The notes beneath the pieces were generated by a model. The model searched no databases, was not told the DNA's origin, and saw only the letters and a program-made list of their open reading frames with translations. The translations under genes and the position numbers were made by a program. A DNA stretch of 64,000 nt, from assembly GCA_000146045.2 (NCBI GenBank), contig BK006936.2, positions 352,001 through 416,000 on the forward strand, written 5' to 3'. Shown one piece after another: positions 24,066-34,285 of the stretch; the first letter of the stretch is position 1; each line of letters begins with the position of its first letter. Source of the stretch: TPA_inf: Saccharomyces (Eukaryota).

Positions 24066-24230
24066 GCCGGTTCCGGTCCCACAAAATATGAGCCGTGAGA
24101 AGCGGCACATAATGCAGCGTGCGGCAGTGTCAGTAGCCTCCTTATACTCCTAGATCGAAAAAAGGGCTTTTCTTTTTGCGGCACCCCAAAGACAGCATTT
24201 CTTTTCTGTCAATTACGCGCCGTGTCGCCG
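24066..24230 (-). promoter_or_regulatory. BAP2: Cluster of CGGC/GCCG motifs, about 375-540 bp upstream of the BAP2 ATG; a candidate Stp1/Stp2 (SPS-sensor) UASaa
   Basis: Motifs gatGCCGgttCCGGtcc, aaGCGGCac, gtGCGGCag, ttGCGGCac and gtCGCCGttt. Stp1/2-responsive UASaa elements of AAP genes consist of CGGC repeats. Confidence 0.5.
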
Positions 24231-24573
24231 TTTCTTTTCTTGGCACATTTACACACTTAGTCCGTTTCTTTTTTTGCGCGTTATATTCTGCTATGTTTTT
24301 TCGTTGGTTTATATGATGAGTAATCAAACTCATCCATCAGTCTGCAACATTAGTAGGTGCAAGGTGGAAGCTTTGTGCGCACAACATGTTTGATTGCAAA
24401 GATTTTTAGTAGAAATAAAACTACTCTTAACAGACTTAAAAATTTAATTTAATTATGCAGATTTGTCCTTTCTCGACTTGCATTAATGCTAAAAAACAAT
24501 TATATATTTTGTTATCCTGAAGAGTGGCAACGAAAGCCCGATGAAGCCAAGCGGAAAATGAATGGAATTGCTG

Positions 24574-26433
24574 TTAGCACCAGAAATTGGTCATCCTCTT
24601 AAAAAACTTTCTTGAACGCGAGCTGTTTGGATTTTCCGACGATTCTGAATTTTCATACTCTTTAAGATCATCGTTATCGTCAACTTTGTCGATCTCTGTA
24701 AGCGATGGAGACACAAATATGTTTCTATGTGAGTCCAAATCAATTTTTTCGGCTGGAATCCAAAAGCTCCATGATTTGAAGTATATCTTGTGACCAAAAT
24801 AGGCAAACAAAACGATGGGCATTGCCAAATAATTTTGGAAAAACACTTTGACGTTAAGTTTTCCATGTTCATTAACAGGTGCGATGGCTACCCAGAACTG
24901 GCACACAAGGAAGAAGATTGCAATTAAAACTGCAAGCCATGAACCCCAATAGCCAGTTTGTGCTTTGTATCCAACTTCGTTCATCGAACGACCTTGCTTT
25001 GCCATGGCATCTCTAAATCTTATATGTGACAAGGACATTGACATCCAGATAAATAATTGCGAAAGACTAGAAATTGCCAATAACCAGGTGAAAACCTGTT
25101 CTTCAGCGTCACTAGTGGCTACAAACCCAATGCATCCAAAGACAAGGGAAACAAAAAAACAAAGTAAAGGCCTGCCGTTTCTATCAACATATGCTAAGCA
25201 TTTAGGTAAGACGCCTTGTTCTGCCAATGATAATAACAATCTTGGCCCAGAATATAACGAAGAGTTTGCAACAGAAATGACAGAAATCAAAATAACAGCA
25301 TTTATAAAGTGAGGCACAACTTTGACACCATGTGATGCAACAGCAATGACAAATGGGGAGGCATGGGATCCAGAGGAGTCACTAGACCCTAATAATTCGT
25401 CACTGTTGTATGGAACAAGAAAGCAAACCAAAATGGTGGTGAGCATGTAAATCAGCAGAATACGGTATACCACTTTTTTGCAGGCATTGGGAATAGATTT
25501 TGTTGGGTTTTCCTGCTCAGCGGCAGATAGAAGTAGAACTTCAATTCCACCGTAGCTGAATGCAGCATAACAGAAAACCGTACATACACCTTTGAAACCG
25601 TGGGCAAATGGACCAGGATTGTGCCAGTACTCAGCACCGATGTATCTTCTGTCACCTGCACCACCACAATTGATGATAATCGCCAGAATGACGAATCCGA
25701 TTACCATCAATATCTTACAGGAATTGAAAATGAACTCGGCTTCAGCATAGCCTCTGGACCCAAATAGATTAATGATAATTACAAAAACGAAAACCACGGC
25801 AACAAAGATGTCTGCATTTACACTCGTCCAGTACTTAACTGTCATTGCCGCAGTGACCAATTGTAAGGGCAGAACAGTTAGCCATTGAATGGTGTAAACC
25901 ACAGAAACTGCAAAACCCAACGAAGGGTCGACTAAAATAGAAGGATATCTGGTGTAATTGCCGGTTAGTCCTGCATAACAGAGACCTAACTCGCCTGCCG
26001 CTTGGATGATACAGTAAAGCATGATCGATGCTATTCCGTAACCAAGGACTAACCCGGCAGGACCAGCTGTTCCCAGCACCTGACCATTACCGACCAGTAA
26101 ACCAGTACCTATACCGGTACCGAGACTGATCATGACTAAGTGACGAGATTTGATCGACTTTGTCAGGTTGTTTTTTTCTTGGGACTCTAGTTCGGAATTA
26201 CGGTCTGGTGGCAGCTGCCTTTTAAAAGAGTCGAAGAATTCTTTGCATTTCCTCTGTAATATGGATTTGCTGTCCGTCCTTCGAGGCTCCGCTGTTTGTC
26301 CAGATACCTCATCTTGTTTTTCTGTTATTGTAAAGTCTCTCTTTTGTTTTTCACTGTGTGTTCTTTCATGCAAACTGTGCGAATATTGTGCTGGACTGGC
26401 CTCTTTGGCAATGAAACTGACACTATCGTCCAT
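24574..26433 (-). CDS. TAT1: TAT1 (YBR069C), tyrosine/tryptophan (and branched-chain) amino-acid permease, 619 aa
   Basis: The 619-aa ORF starts at an ATG. It is a clear paralogue of the adjacent BAP2, for example [23 protein letters not shown]. Confidence 0.93.
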   Translation of the reverse strand: MDDSVSFIAKEASPAQYSHSLHERTHSEKQKRDFTITEKQDEVSGQTAEPRRTDSKSILQRKCKEFFDSFKRQLPPDRNSELESQEKNNLTKSIKSRHLVMISLGTGIGTGLLVGNGQVLGTAGPAGLVLGYGIASIMLYCIIQAAGELGLCYAGLTGNYTRYPSILVDPSLGFAVSVVYTIQWLTVLPLQLVTAAMTVKYWTSVNADIFVAVVFVFVIIINLFGSRGYAEAEFIFNSCKILMVIGFVILAIIINCGGAGDRRYIGAEYWHNPGPFAHGFKGVCTVFCYAAFSYGGIEVLLLSAAEQENPTKSIPNACKKVVYRILLIYMLTTILVCFLVPYNSDELLGSSDSSGSHASPFVIAVASHGVKVVPHFINAVILISVISVANSSLYSGPRLLLSLAEQGVLPKCLAYVDRNGRPLLCFFVSLVFGCIGFVATSDAEEQVFTWLLAISSLSQLFIWMSMSLSHIRFRDAMAKQGRSMNEVGYKAQTGYWGSWLAVLIAIFFLVCQFWVAIAPVNEHGKLNVKVFFQNYLAMPIVLFAYFGHKIYFKSWSFWIPAEKIDLDSHRNIFVSPSLTEIDKVDDNDDLKEYENSESSENPNSSRSRKFFKRMTNFWC

Positions 26434-26817
26434 TTTTACGCCTTTTTATCGAGAAACTATATTAGGTAGCTACGGTGGTAAAGGCACCTTATAATACAGC
26501 TTGGTTCTATGTATTAATTTCAGACTATTTTATGGTCTGCTTTTTTTTACGGTCAGAGAAAAGATGAAATAGATGCCACAAAACAGGGATATATACGAAA
26601 ACAGCATCTTATATACTTTTTTACTCCAACATTAATTTCCAAAACAGGTGAGATGAGGTAACCCATTCGAAAAATTTAAATGTTCAGACACTGTCAAGTT
26701 AAAGAATATAACCTGGAGGTTTTCTTTTCTTTTTGTCCATCAAAATGCACTTTTTTTGAAAAAAAATGCCTTGTCAAGATAATGTGAAGTTTACTGGAAG
26801 GGCCCTTTCCTCATCGG

Positions 26818-26905
26818 GTTGCCGGCCCTGACTGACCTTTTTTGTATTTTTGGCCGTCCCGGCGCGGCGAAGAGTGAGACGACACCAAATAGCCGTACGG
26901 CAATA
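26818..26905 (-). promoter_or_regulatory. TAT1: CGGC/GCCG motif cluster about 385-470 bp upstream of the TAT1 ATG; a candidate UASaa analogous to the one at BAP2
   Basis: Motifs gttGCCGGCCctg, tGGCCGtcCCGGCGCGGCGaag and aGCCGtaCGGCaat. Confidence 0.45.
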
Positions 26906-27220
26906 ATCCTCGTGCAAAAATCTCTAAGACCGGTGTCGCATTATCCTTTACACACCAAATTTGGTGCCGTAATGCATTATGCATACACTGTGCAATTATG
27001 CAGACATGAAATGTGATTGTTTGCTTTGTATACGTAGTAATTGTAAGTAAGTGATTTACTGATTTACTTTCTGGTTAGCAGTGGTAGTTTTAATGCGTTG
27101 GCCGGATTGTTTATATTTTGTGAAGCAATCCTGGAAATTTTAAGCATCAAAGAAGGTGCGGTGCCACCATAAGACTTCAAAAATAGTTGGAAGTTTTACT
27201 ATCCTACATAAATGGTTTAC

Positions 27221-27934
27221 TTAAACAAGGATGCCGAACCACTTGGATCTTGGTAAATAATTGTCCCTCAATTCTTGCCACTGGACAATGAATTCATCCA
27301 CTACCCAATATAATATTTTTCCGGTCAGACTAGGAGTATTAATCCTTGCCAGCGATTCTACATAAACTATATGGGAGGAACCCAACAGGGGCAAAAGAAG
27401 TTCCATAATTTTCAACCAAAAGGATATTATACAGCATGTTCCAGGCCCATTCAATAAAAACAGATGAGGGGAACCACACATAGCAAATCTGATTCTAACC
27501 ACGTGCACAAAAGATTGTACCAACGTTCCAATGATGGTCTTTACACTTTGTAGGAGAGTCGCTTTAACTTCCCTAGCTTTCATGAATTCATAGTATTTTA
27601 CTTTGCAATGACCAAATTTTTTTATAAAGTGGGCGAATCTTTGCCTGGAAGCCTCATCAGAATAACCCAAGTACACAATCGACTTACCCAGTAAAAGATC
27701 CTGGTAATTTTCTAGAAGACGGATCATTTCACCAGTATGACCTCCCGATCCTAAGAATACAAAAATCTTGAGCGGTTTCTTTGACGATTTTCGTATTTTC
27801 AGTAGGTTAACTCCATCTTTCGTATCCTTTTCTGTACCTGCTTGAGTGTGGAAAAAAGGCAGAATCGCTATCAACCTAATAACATATGCTGTCGATACGA
27901 TGAGCACCAATGACGCCAAGTAGGCCGTTTTCAT
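27221..27934 (-). CDS. ALG14: ALG14 (YBR070C), membrane-anchor subunit of the UDP-GlcNAc transferase Alg13/Alg14, 237 aa
   Basis: The first track codon is TTG. The real ATG is at M4 ('cat' at 27932..27934), giving MKTAYLASLVL... and 237 aa, with an N-terminal TM segment and an Alg14 fold. Confidence 0.9.
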   Translation of the reverse strand: MKTAYLASLVLIVSTAYVIRLIAILPFFHTQAGTEKDTKDGVNLLKIRKSSKKPLKIFVFLGSGGHTGEMIRLLENYQDLLLGKSIVYLGYSDEASRQRFAHFIKKFGHCKVKYYEFMKAREVKATLLQSVKTIIGTLVQSFVHVVRIRFAMCGSPHLFLLNGPGTCCIISFWLKIMELLLPLLGSSHIVYVESLARINTPSLTGKILYWVVDEFIVQWQELRDNYLPRSKWFGILV

Positions 27935-28410
27935 GATCTTCAAGTCACTTCTTTCGACTTTCCTGATACAATAATAAACCGCCGATTACAGTTATTGCGG
28001 GCCCTTGTACATGAAATATTAGGATGGCTTCGCTAAGAACATTTTTGCTTCTGGACAGACAGAACACGTAAAAAAAGAAACACGAAATTACGACTAACTT
28101 TCGCGTAGGGGTAAAATTACCTAATGCGCGTAATTAAAAAAAAAAGCACAGCAGTGTAAATTGGAGCAATAGGAGAAAATGACCTGTAAAGGAAGTATTC
28201 GAATTCACTAGTGCGGATATTAATAGAATTCATAATTTCGCGCTTGGCTGCTCATTATATTCTTGACTATTTGCCAAACTGTTATAAAGAAGCCTCAATA
28301 TTCGTTTGGTTTATTGTTAAAGAAGGCGCAAGCTCGGCACGAGAAATATACGACGATAAAGAACATACCAACTATATATTGTGACGGCACAAAAAGACAA
28401 AATACGTAAA

Positions 28411-29046
28411 ATGCTAAGACGCTCTAAAAATTCCAGCACTAACACAAACGCAGACACCAAGAAAAGACAATCCATGCATTTAGGATCCAAAAGTTCGCTA
28501 ATCTCGCTGACTAGCGAATTTGGCCATGGACACTCCAAGACGAAGCAGAAAAAGGAGGAGGGCACAGCTCCTTCTCAATTCCTGTCTCCTACGAATAAGA
28601 GAAGCACATCTAGTCAGTCAAAGTTAAAAAGGAGCAGCTTGTTACTGGACGAAACACTGCTTAAAGACTACCACTCGGCCATGAGGCACATGCAAACAAA
28701 CGCTGCAAAGGAAGAAAAGCTGCGGATGGCTCCATCACCAACGCAGTCAACGAGGAGCGAATCAGACGCCAGTCTTTCCTCCACCAAGAGCTCGATCTCT
28801 TCCATATTTTCCCAAGATAATGACTATTCCATTCACGATTTGTTGTACGAAGATATTGAAGAGATGGATAAAACAGACGCTTTCAAAATTAACAACACAA
28901 TAGCAATCGATGATTCTAAAGCTCTCTTTGTCTTCTGTTCAAACGACTCCTCCTCAAGGACAGCGTCTATCGAAACATTGCACGAATCAAATTTGGACAA
29001 CCTGGATATGGGTTCCAGTAGAAGGACATCGTTGGACTTTTTTTAA
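28411..29046 (+). CDS. YBR071W: YBR071W, Ser-rich protein of unknown function, 211 aa
   Basis: The track ORF starts at GTG 28381. The first ATG is at 28411 (MLRRSKNSS...), giving 211 aa. Confidence 0.85.
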   Translation: MLRRSKNSSTNTNADTKKRQSMHLGSKSSLISLTSEFGHGHSKTKQKKEEGTAPSQFLSPTNKRSTSSQSKLKRSSLLLDETLLKDYHSAMRHMQTNAAKEEKLRMAPSPTQSTRSESDASLSSTKSSISSIFSQDNDYSIHDLLYEDIEEMDKTDAFKINNTIAIDDSKALFVFCSNDSSSRTASIETLHESNLDNLDMGSSRRTSLDFF

Positions 29047-29375
29047 TATAACCTACCATAGGACACACTTTGTTGTTGATGTTGGACAATTCGTTAATTA
29101 AGAGTCCCTAAACGGCTCTACTAGTTCCAACCTCACTTTGTTTTTTCATTTTTTTATGTTTTTTCTAGAACCTTCTTTACGTGATTCTCGCTCGGAATCC
29201 GTCAATAGAATGTTTTCAGTCTCCGTTTCAATATTCTGCGCACATCAATCATTTTCTTACTACATACACTAACATTACTCCTAGTTTAATTTAATTGAAT
29301 TTTTAACTTTCTTTTCTTTTCATTTGGCAATTTGGCTCCTTGAAAACAAGACTATGGGTCTCTCTCATAAGCCTC

Positions 29376-29380
29376 AGGGG
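29376..29380 (+). promoter_or_regulatory. HSP26: STRE (AGGGG) in the HSP26 upstream region, within AGGGGGGGACCCC
   Basis: Msn2/4 STRE core, about 650 bp upstream of the ATG. Confidence 0.45.
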
Positions 29381-29538
29381 GGGACCCCAAAAAAATAACG
29401 CGGCCATCTTGCATGCACCGTTGAACCTGTAGCTTACAGTAAGCCACAATTCTCTTACCTTCTTGGCAATGTGGCACAAAATAATCTGGTTATGTGTCTT
29501 CATTTGGTAATCACTGGGATGTTACTGGGGCAGCAGCA

Positions 29539-29574
29539 ACTCCGTGTGTACCCCTAACTCCGTGTGTACCCCTA
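29539..29574 (+). promoter_or_regulatory. HSP26: Perfect 18-bp tandem duplication (actccgtgtgtaccccta x2), each copy carrying an STRE CCCCT (29551..29555 and 29569..29573)
   Basis: Read directly. It lies about 460-490 bp upstream of the HSP26 ATG. Confidence 0.7.
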
Positions 29575-29675
29575 AAGAACCTTGCCTGTCAAGGTGCATT
29601 GTTGGATCGGAATAGTAACCGTCTTTACATGAACATCCACAACCAACGAAAGTGCTTTTTCAAGCATTGCTTGAT

Positions 29676-29683
29676 TTCTAGAA
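29676..29683 (+). promoter_or_regulatory. HSP26: HSE core TTCtaGAA (gaTTTCTAGAAagATC) in the HSP26 promoter
   Basis: The inverted nTTCnnGAAn repeat is the Hsf1 recognition unit. A third unit (ATC) is imperfect. Confidence 0.55.
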
Positions 29684-29703
29684 AGATCGATGGTTATTCC
29701 CTC

Positions 29704-29708
29704 CCCCT
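29704..29708 (+). promoter_or_regulatory. HSP26: STRE (CCCCT within tccctCCCCCTtatg), about 325 bp upstream of HSP26
   Basis: Msn2/4 STRE core. Confidence 0.5.
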
Positions 29709-29875
29709 TATGCGTCCAAAAATATAGGGTGCTCGTAACAGTAAGGTATTCGCACTTAGCGTGCTCGCAACACAAAATTAAGTAATATGCGAGTTTTAGA
29801 TGTCCTTGCGGATCTATGCACGTTCTTGAGTGGTATTTCATAACAACGGTTCTTTTTCACCCTTATTCCTAAACA

Positions 29876-29883
29876 TATAAATA
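29876..29883 (+). promoter_or_regulatory. HSP26: TATA box TATAAATA of HSP26, about 150 bp upstream of the ATG
   Basis: Consensus TATAAA in the expected position. Confidence 0.7.
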
Positions 29884-30029
29884 GGACCTCCATTAGTTAG
29901 AGATCTGTTTTTAATCCATTCACCTTTCATTCTACTCTCTTATACTAATAAAACCACCGATAAAGATATATCAGATCTCTATTAAAACAGGTATCCAAAA
30001 AAGCAAACAAACAAACTAAACAAATTAAC

Positions 30030-30674
30030 ATGTCATTTAACAGTCCATTTTTTGATTTCTTTGACAACATCAACAACGAAGTTGATGCCTTTAACAGATT
30101 GCTGGGTGAAGGCGGCTTAAGAGGCTACGCACCAAGACGTCAGTTAGCAAACACACCCGCAAAGGATTCTACTGGCAAGGAAGTTGCTAGACCAAATAAC
30201 TATGCTGGCGCTCTTTATGATCCCAGAGATGAAACCTTAGATGATTGGTTCGACAATGACTTGTCCCTGTTCCCATCTGGTTTCGGTTTCCCTAGAAGTG
30301 TCGCAGTTCCAGTTGATATTTTGGACCATGACAACAACTACGAGTTGAAAGTCGTGGTTCCTGGTGTCAAAAGCAAGAAGGACATTGATATTGAGTACCA
30401 TCAAAACAAGAACCAAATTTTGGTTTCTGGTGAAATTCCATCTACCTTGAATGAAGAGAGTAAAGACAAGGTCAAGGTCAAGGAGAGCAGCTCTGGTAAG
30501 TTCAAGAGAGTCATCACTTTGCCAGACTACCCAGGTGTGGATGCAGACAACATTAAAGCAGACTACGCAAATGGTGTTTTGACATTAACAGTTCCAAAAT
30601 TGAAGCCTCAGAAGGATGGTAAGAACCACGTCAAGAAGATTGAGGTTTCTTCTCAAGAATCGTGGGGTAACTAA
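30030..30674 (+). CDS. HSP26: HSP26 (YBR072W), small heat-shock protein with an alpha-crystallin domain, 214 aa
   Basis: MSFNSPFFDFFDNINNEVDAFNRLLGEGGLRGYAPRRQ... identifies HSP26. The promoter upstream carries STRE and HSE sites and a TATA box. Confidence 0.97.
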   Translation: MSFNSPFFDFFDNINNEVDAFNRLLGEGGLRGYAPRRQLANTPAKDSTGKEVARPNNYAGALYDPRDETLDDWFDNDLSLFPSGFGFPRSVAVPVDILDHDNNYELKVVVPGVKSKKDIDIEYHQNKNQILVSGEIPSTLNEESKDKVKVKESSSGKFKRVITLPDYPGVDADNIKADYANGVLTLTVPKLKPQKDGKNHVKKIEVSSQESWGN

Positions 30675-30859
30675 AGTGACCTGGCTCTATAGTGTTGTCC
30701 CTCTCGCGAGGACCATTGTTGCTTGCATATGGGCTTGAAACATATGGTCATCACATCTGAGCGATTTTACCTCTTAGAATTAGTTTAGATATATATGAGT
30801 TGATGAATAAATAGTTATAAAAACTTGCTTTGGCTTCGATATATGACCGTTATTTTTGA

Positions 30860-31021
30860 CTAAGTTTTAACGAAGGAATCTAACCTCGTTCTTGTAATTA
30901 CCAAAATCTTCAACAACGCGCTGTTGGAGGTATCTCTATGGATGTGGCTTGAAATATGGATGTCTTGCCTACTTCTACTTCTGGGAAAGGCATTTTTACT
31001 CGATCGCGTTAATATATGCAT
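30860..31021 (-). CDS. YBR072C-A: Small ORF of 53 aa (MHILTRSSKNAFPRSRSRQDIHISSHIHRDTSNSALLKILVITRTRLDSFVKT), matching in size and position the small annotated ORF YBR072C-A
   Basis: Hand-translated from the minus strand, starting at the ATG whose 'cat' is at 31019..31021 and ending at TAG. It is below the track's length cut-off. The call rests on my recollection of a 53-aa ORF annotated between HSP26 and RDH54. Confidence 0.35.
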   Translation of the reverse strand: MHILTRSSKNAFPRSRSRQDIHISSHIHRDTSNSALLKILVITRTRLDSFVKT

Positions 31022-31111
31022 CAAGAAAATAAAAAATAAAACGCGAAGAGCTAAAAAAAAAAAAGAAAACCTACTATAAATAACCGATTAGAATCGAGTT
31101 TTTGTATTGAA

Positions 31112-33988
31112 ATGGCGGTAATAAGCGTTAAACCTCGACGAAGAGAGAAGATCCTACAGGAGGTAAAAAACAGCTCGGTATATCAAACGGTATTTGATTC
31201 CGGTACTACTCAAATGCAGATACCGAAATATGAGAACAAGCCATTCAAGCCTCCAAGAAGGGTTGGATCAAATAAGTACACACAACTCAAACCAACCGCC
31301 ACTGCAGTCACAACAGCCCCTATATCTAAAGCCAAAGTTACTGTCAACTTGAAAAGAAGCATTTCGGCGGGACCTACTTTAAATCTTGCCAAGAAGCCGA
31401 ATAATCTGTCCTCAAATGAAAACACTAGATATTTTACTATCATGTACAGGAAGCCTACTACCAAAAAGCACAAGACTTGGAGTGGTGATGGCTACGCTAC
31501 CTTAAAAGCCAGTAGCGATAAGTTATGCTTTTATAACGAAGCAGGGAAATTTCTTGGGTCAAGTATGCTACCAAGTGATTCAGATTCTCTCTTCGAAACT
31601 CTTTTCAAAGCAGGCTCCAATGAAGTACAATTGGATTACGAATTGAAGGAAAATGCAGAAATACGTAGCGCCAAAGAAGCCTTATCACAAAACATGGGAA
31701 ATCCCAGCCCACCGACCACAAGCACAACAGAAACAGTGCCTTCTACGAAGAATGACGGTGGCAAATACCAAATGCCTCTGTCTCAGCTGTTTTCACTAAA
31801 CACTGTGAAAAGATTCAAATCAGTAACAAAGCAAACAAATGAACACATGACCACAGTACCTAAAACCAGTCAAAATTCCAAAGCCAAAAAATATTATCCA
31901 GTATTTGATGTCAACAAAATCGATAATCCTATAGTAATGAACAAAAATGCAGCCGCTGAAGTTGACGTAATTGTTGATCCATTACTGGGCAAATTCTTGC
32001 GCCCTCATCAGAGGGAAGGGGTGAAGTTCATGTATGATTGCTTAATGGGCTTGGCAAGACCAACTATTGAAAATCCGGATATCGATTGTACTACTAAAAG
32101 TTTAGTGTTAGAAAATGACTCAGATATTAGTGGATGCCTTTTGGCTGATGATATGGGTTTAGGTAAAACACTAATGAGTATAACTTTGATTTGGACATTA
32201 ATTAGGCAAACTCCTTTTGCATCAAAAGTTTCATGTTCGCAATCAGGCATACCATTAACTGGACTTTGTAAGAAGATTTTAGTCGTTTGTCCCGTTACTT
32301 TAATAGGAAATTGGAAAAGAGAATTTGGAAAATGGTTAAATTTGTCAAGAATAGGTGTTTTGACATTAAGCTCAAGGAATTCTCCTGATATGGATAAAAT
32401 GGCTGTCAGAAATTTTTTAAAAGTGCAACGAACTTATCAAGTCTTGATTATTGGCTACGAAAAACTCTTGAGTGTTTCTGAAGAATTAGAGAAAAATAAA
32501 CATTTGATTGACATGCTGGTGTGTGACGAAGGCCATCGACTAAAAAACGGGGCTTCTAAAATTTTAAATACGCTGAAGAGTTTAGACATAAGAAGGAAGC
32601 TTTTGCTTACGGGAACTCCTATACAAAATGATCTTAATGAGTTTTTCACTATTATAGATTTCATAAACCCAGGAATCCTTGGAAGCTTCGCTTCTTTCAA
32701 AAGAAGATTCATTATCCCTATAACTAGAGCCAGAGACACTGCAAACAGATACAACGAAGAATTGTTGGAAAAGGGGGAAGAAAGGTCAAAAGAGATGATA
32801 GAAATTACGAAAAGATTTATTTTGAGACGAACAAATGCGATTTTAGAAAAGTACCTTCCTCCAAAGACGGATATAATTTTATTCTGTAAACCATACAGCC
32901 AACAGATATTGGCATTCAAAGATATTTTGCAGGGCGCACGTTTAGATTTTGGACAATTGACGTTCAGTTCTTCGCTAGGACTAATAACATTACTGAAAAA
33001 GGTTTGTAACTCTCCTGGATTGGTTGGCTCAGATCCCTATTACAAATCACATATAAAGGATACCCAATCTCAGGACAGCTATAGTCGTTCTTTGAACTCT
33101 GGTAAGTTAAAGGTATTAATGACATTACTAGAAGGTATTAGGAAGGGTACCAAGGAGAAGGTCGTCGTAGTGTCTAACTACACTCAAACATTGGATATAA
33201 TTGAAAATTTGATGAATATGGCTGGGATGTCACATTGCAGACTCGACGGTTCCATACCTGCTAAACAAAGGGACTCTATCGTCACATCTTTCAATCGGAA
33301 TCCAGCCATATTTGGATTCTTGTTGAGTGCAAAATCGGGAGGTGTAGGATTGAATCTAGTCGGTGCTTCGCGACTTATTTTATTTGATAATGATTGGAAT
33401 CCTTCAGTAGATTTGCAAGCGATGTCACGAATTCATAGAGATGGTCAAAAAAAGCCGTGCTTCATATATAGACTTGTCACAACTGGGTGTATCGATGAGA
33501 AAATATTGCAAAGGCAATTAATGAAGAACAGTTTGAGCCAAAAATTTCTAGGTGACTCGGAGATGAGAAATAAAGAATCTTCTAATGATGATCTTTTCAA
33601 TAAAGAGGACTTGAAGGACCTGTTTTCTGTCCATACAGATACCAAGAGTAACACACATGACTTAATTTGTTCTTGCGATGGTTTAGGTGAGGAAATTGAA
33701 TATCCTGAAACAAATCAACAGCAGAACACCGTAGAGCTGAGAAAGCGTAGCACTACGACATGGACAAGTGCGCTGGATTTACAAAAGAAAATGAATGAAG
33801 CAGCCACCAACGATGATGCCAAAAAGTCACAATACATTAGGCAATGTCTCGTTCATTATAAGCATATCGATCCAGCAAGACAAGATGAATTATTTGATGA
33901 GGTTATCACAGATTCGTTCACCGAATTGAAAGATAGTATTACCTTTGCGTTTGTAAAGCCCGGCGAGATATGTCTCAGAGAACAATGA
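31112..33988 (+). CDS. RDH54: RDH54/TID1 (YBR073W), Swi2/Snf2-family DNA translocase that acts in recombination. It is 958 aa from the first ATG, or 924 aa if translation starts at M35 (31214)
   Basis: The ATG is at 31112. The SNF2 N-domain (DEGHRLKN), Walker A (LADDMGLGKT) and helicase C-domain motifs are present. Confidence 0.93.
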   Translation: MAVISVKPRRREKILQEVKNSSVYQTVFDSGTTQMQIPKYENKPFKPPRRVGSNKYTQLKPTATAVTTAPISKAKVTVNLKRSISAGPTLNLAKKPNNLSSNENTRYFTIMYRKPTTKKHKTWSGDGYATLKASSDKLCFYNEAGKFLGSSMLPSDSDSLFETLFKAGSNEVQLDYELKENAEIRSAKEALSQNMGNPSPPTTSTTETVPSTKNDGGKYQMPLSQLFSLNTVKRFKSVTKQTNEHMTTVPKTSQNSKAKKYYPVFDVNKIDNPIVMNKNAAAEVDVIVDPLLGKFLRPHQREGVKFMYDCLMGLARPTIENPDIDCTTKSLVLENDSDISGCLLADDMGLGKTLMSITLIWTLIRQTPFASKVSCSQSGIPLTGLCKKILVVCPVTLIGNWKREFGKWLNLSRIGVLTLSSRNSPDMDKMAVRNFLKVQRTYQVLIIGYEKLLSVSEELEKNKHLIDMLVCDEGHRLKNGASKILNTLKSLDIRRKLLLTGTPIQNDLNEFFTIIDFINPGILGSFASFKRRFIIPITRARDTANRYNEELLEKGEERSKEMIEITKRFILRRTNAILEKYLPPKTDIILFCKPYSQQILAFKDILQGARLDFGQLTFSSSLGLITLLKKVCNSPGLVGSDPYYKSHIKDTQSQDSYSRSLNSGKLKVLMTLLEGIRKGTKEKVVVVSNYTQTLDIIENLMNMAGMSHCRLDGSIPAKQRDSIVTSFNRNPAIFGFLLSAKSGGVGLNLVGASRLILFDNDWNPSVDLQAMSRIHRDGQKKPCFIYRLVTTGCIDEKILQRQLMKNSLSQKFLGDSEMRNKESSNDDLFNKEDLKDLFSVHTDTKSNTHDLICSCDGLGEEIEYPETNQQQNTVELRKRSTTTWTSALDLQKKMNEAATNDDAKKSQYIRQCLVHYKHIDPARQDELFDEVITDSFTELKDSITFAFVKPGEICLREQ

Positions 33989-34207
33989 CGCCAAATATGG
34001 ACACTTATATACTAAATAAAATAGCTATTATTTAATCACTGATTGTATTTAATAGGTTTATTCTTGCACGACTCATTCAGGTTCAAGTCACATATTAAGT
34101 AGGGCCTATTGCTGATTCAAGTTGATATCCACGTTTTCACTAATTTGATAACGATACGCTGCGGGCGCAAATCAAACATCTGAAAGATTTGAATAGCCTT
34201 TAGTCCC

Positions 34208-34226
34208 AAAAAAAAAAAAAAAAAAA
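34208..34226. promoter_or_regulatory. PFF1: Poly(dA:dT) tract (A19) about 60 bp upstream of the PFF1 ATG
   Basis: Read directly. Confidence 0.7.
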
Positions 34227-34285
34227 TAATGTGAAAAATTATCTACAAGGAAATAAATTGATAGGTAAAGTTAAAGAATCACGGC

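Noticed and set aside
32455-32919. 154-aa minus-strand ORF inside RDH54
   Set aside because: It is antisense to the conserved SNF2 helicase domain.
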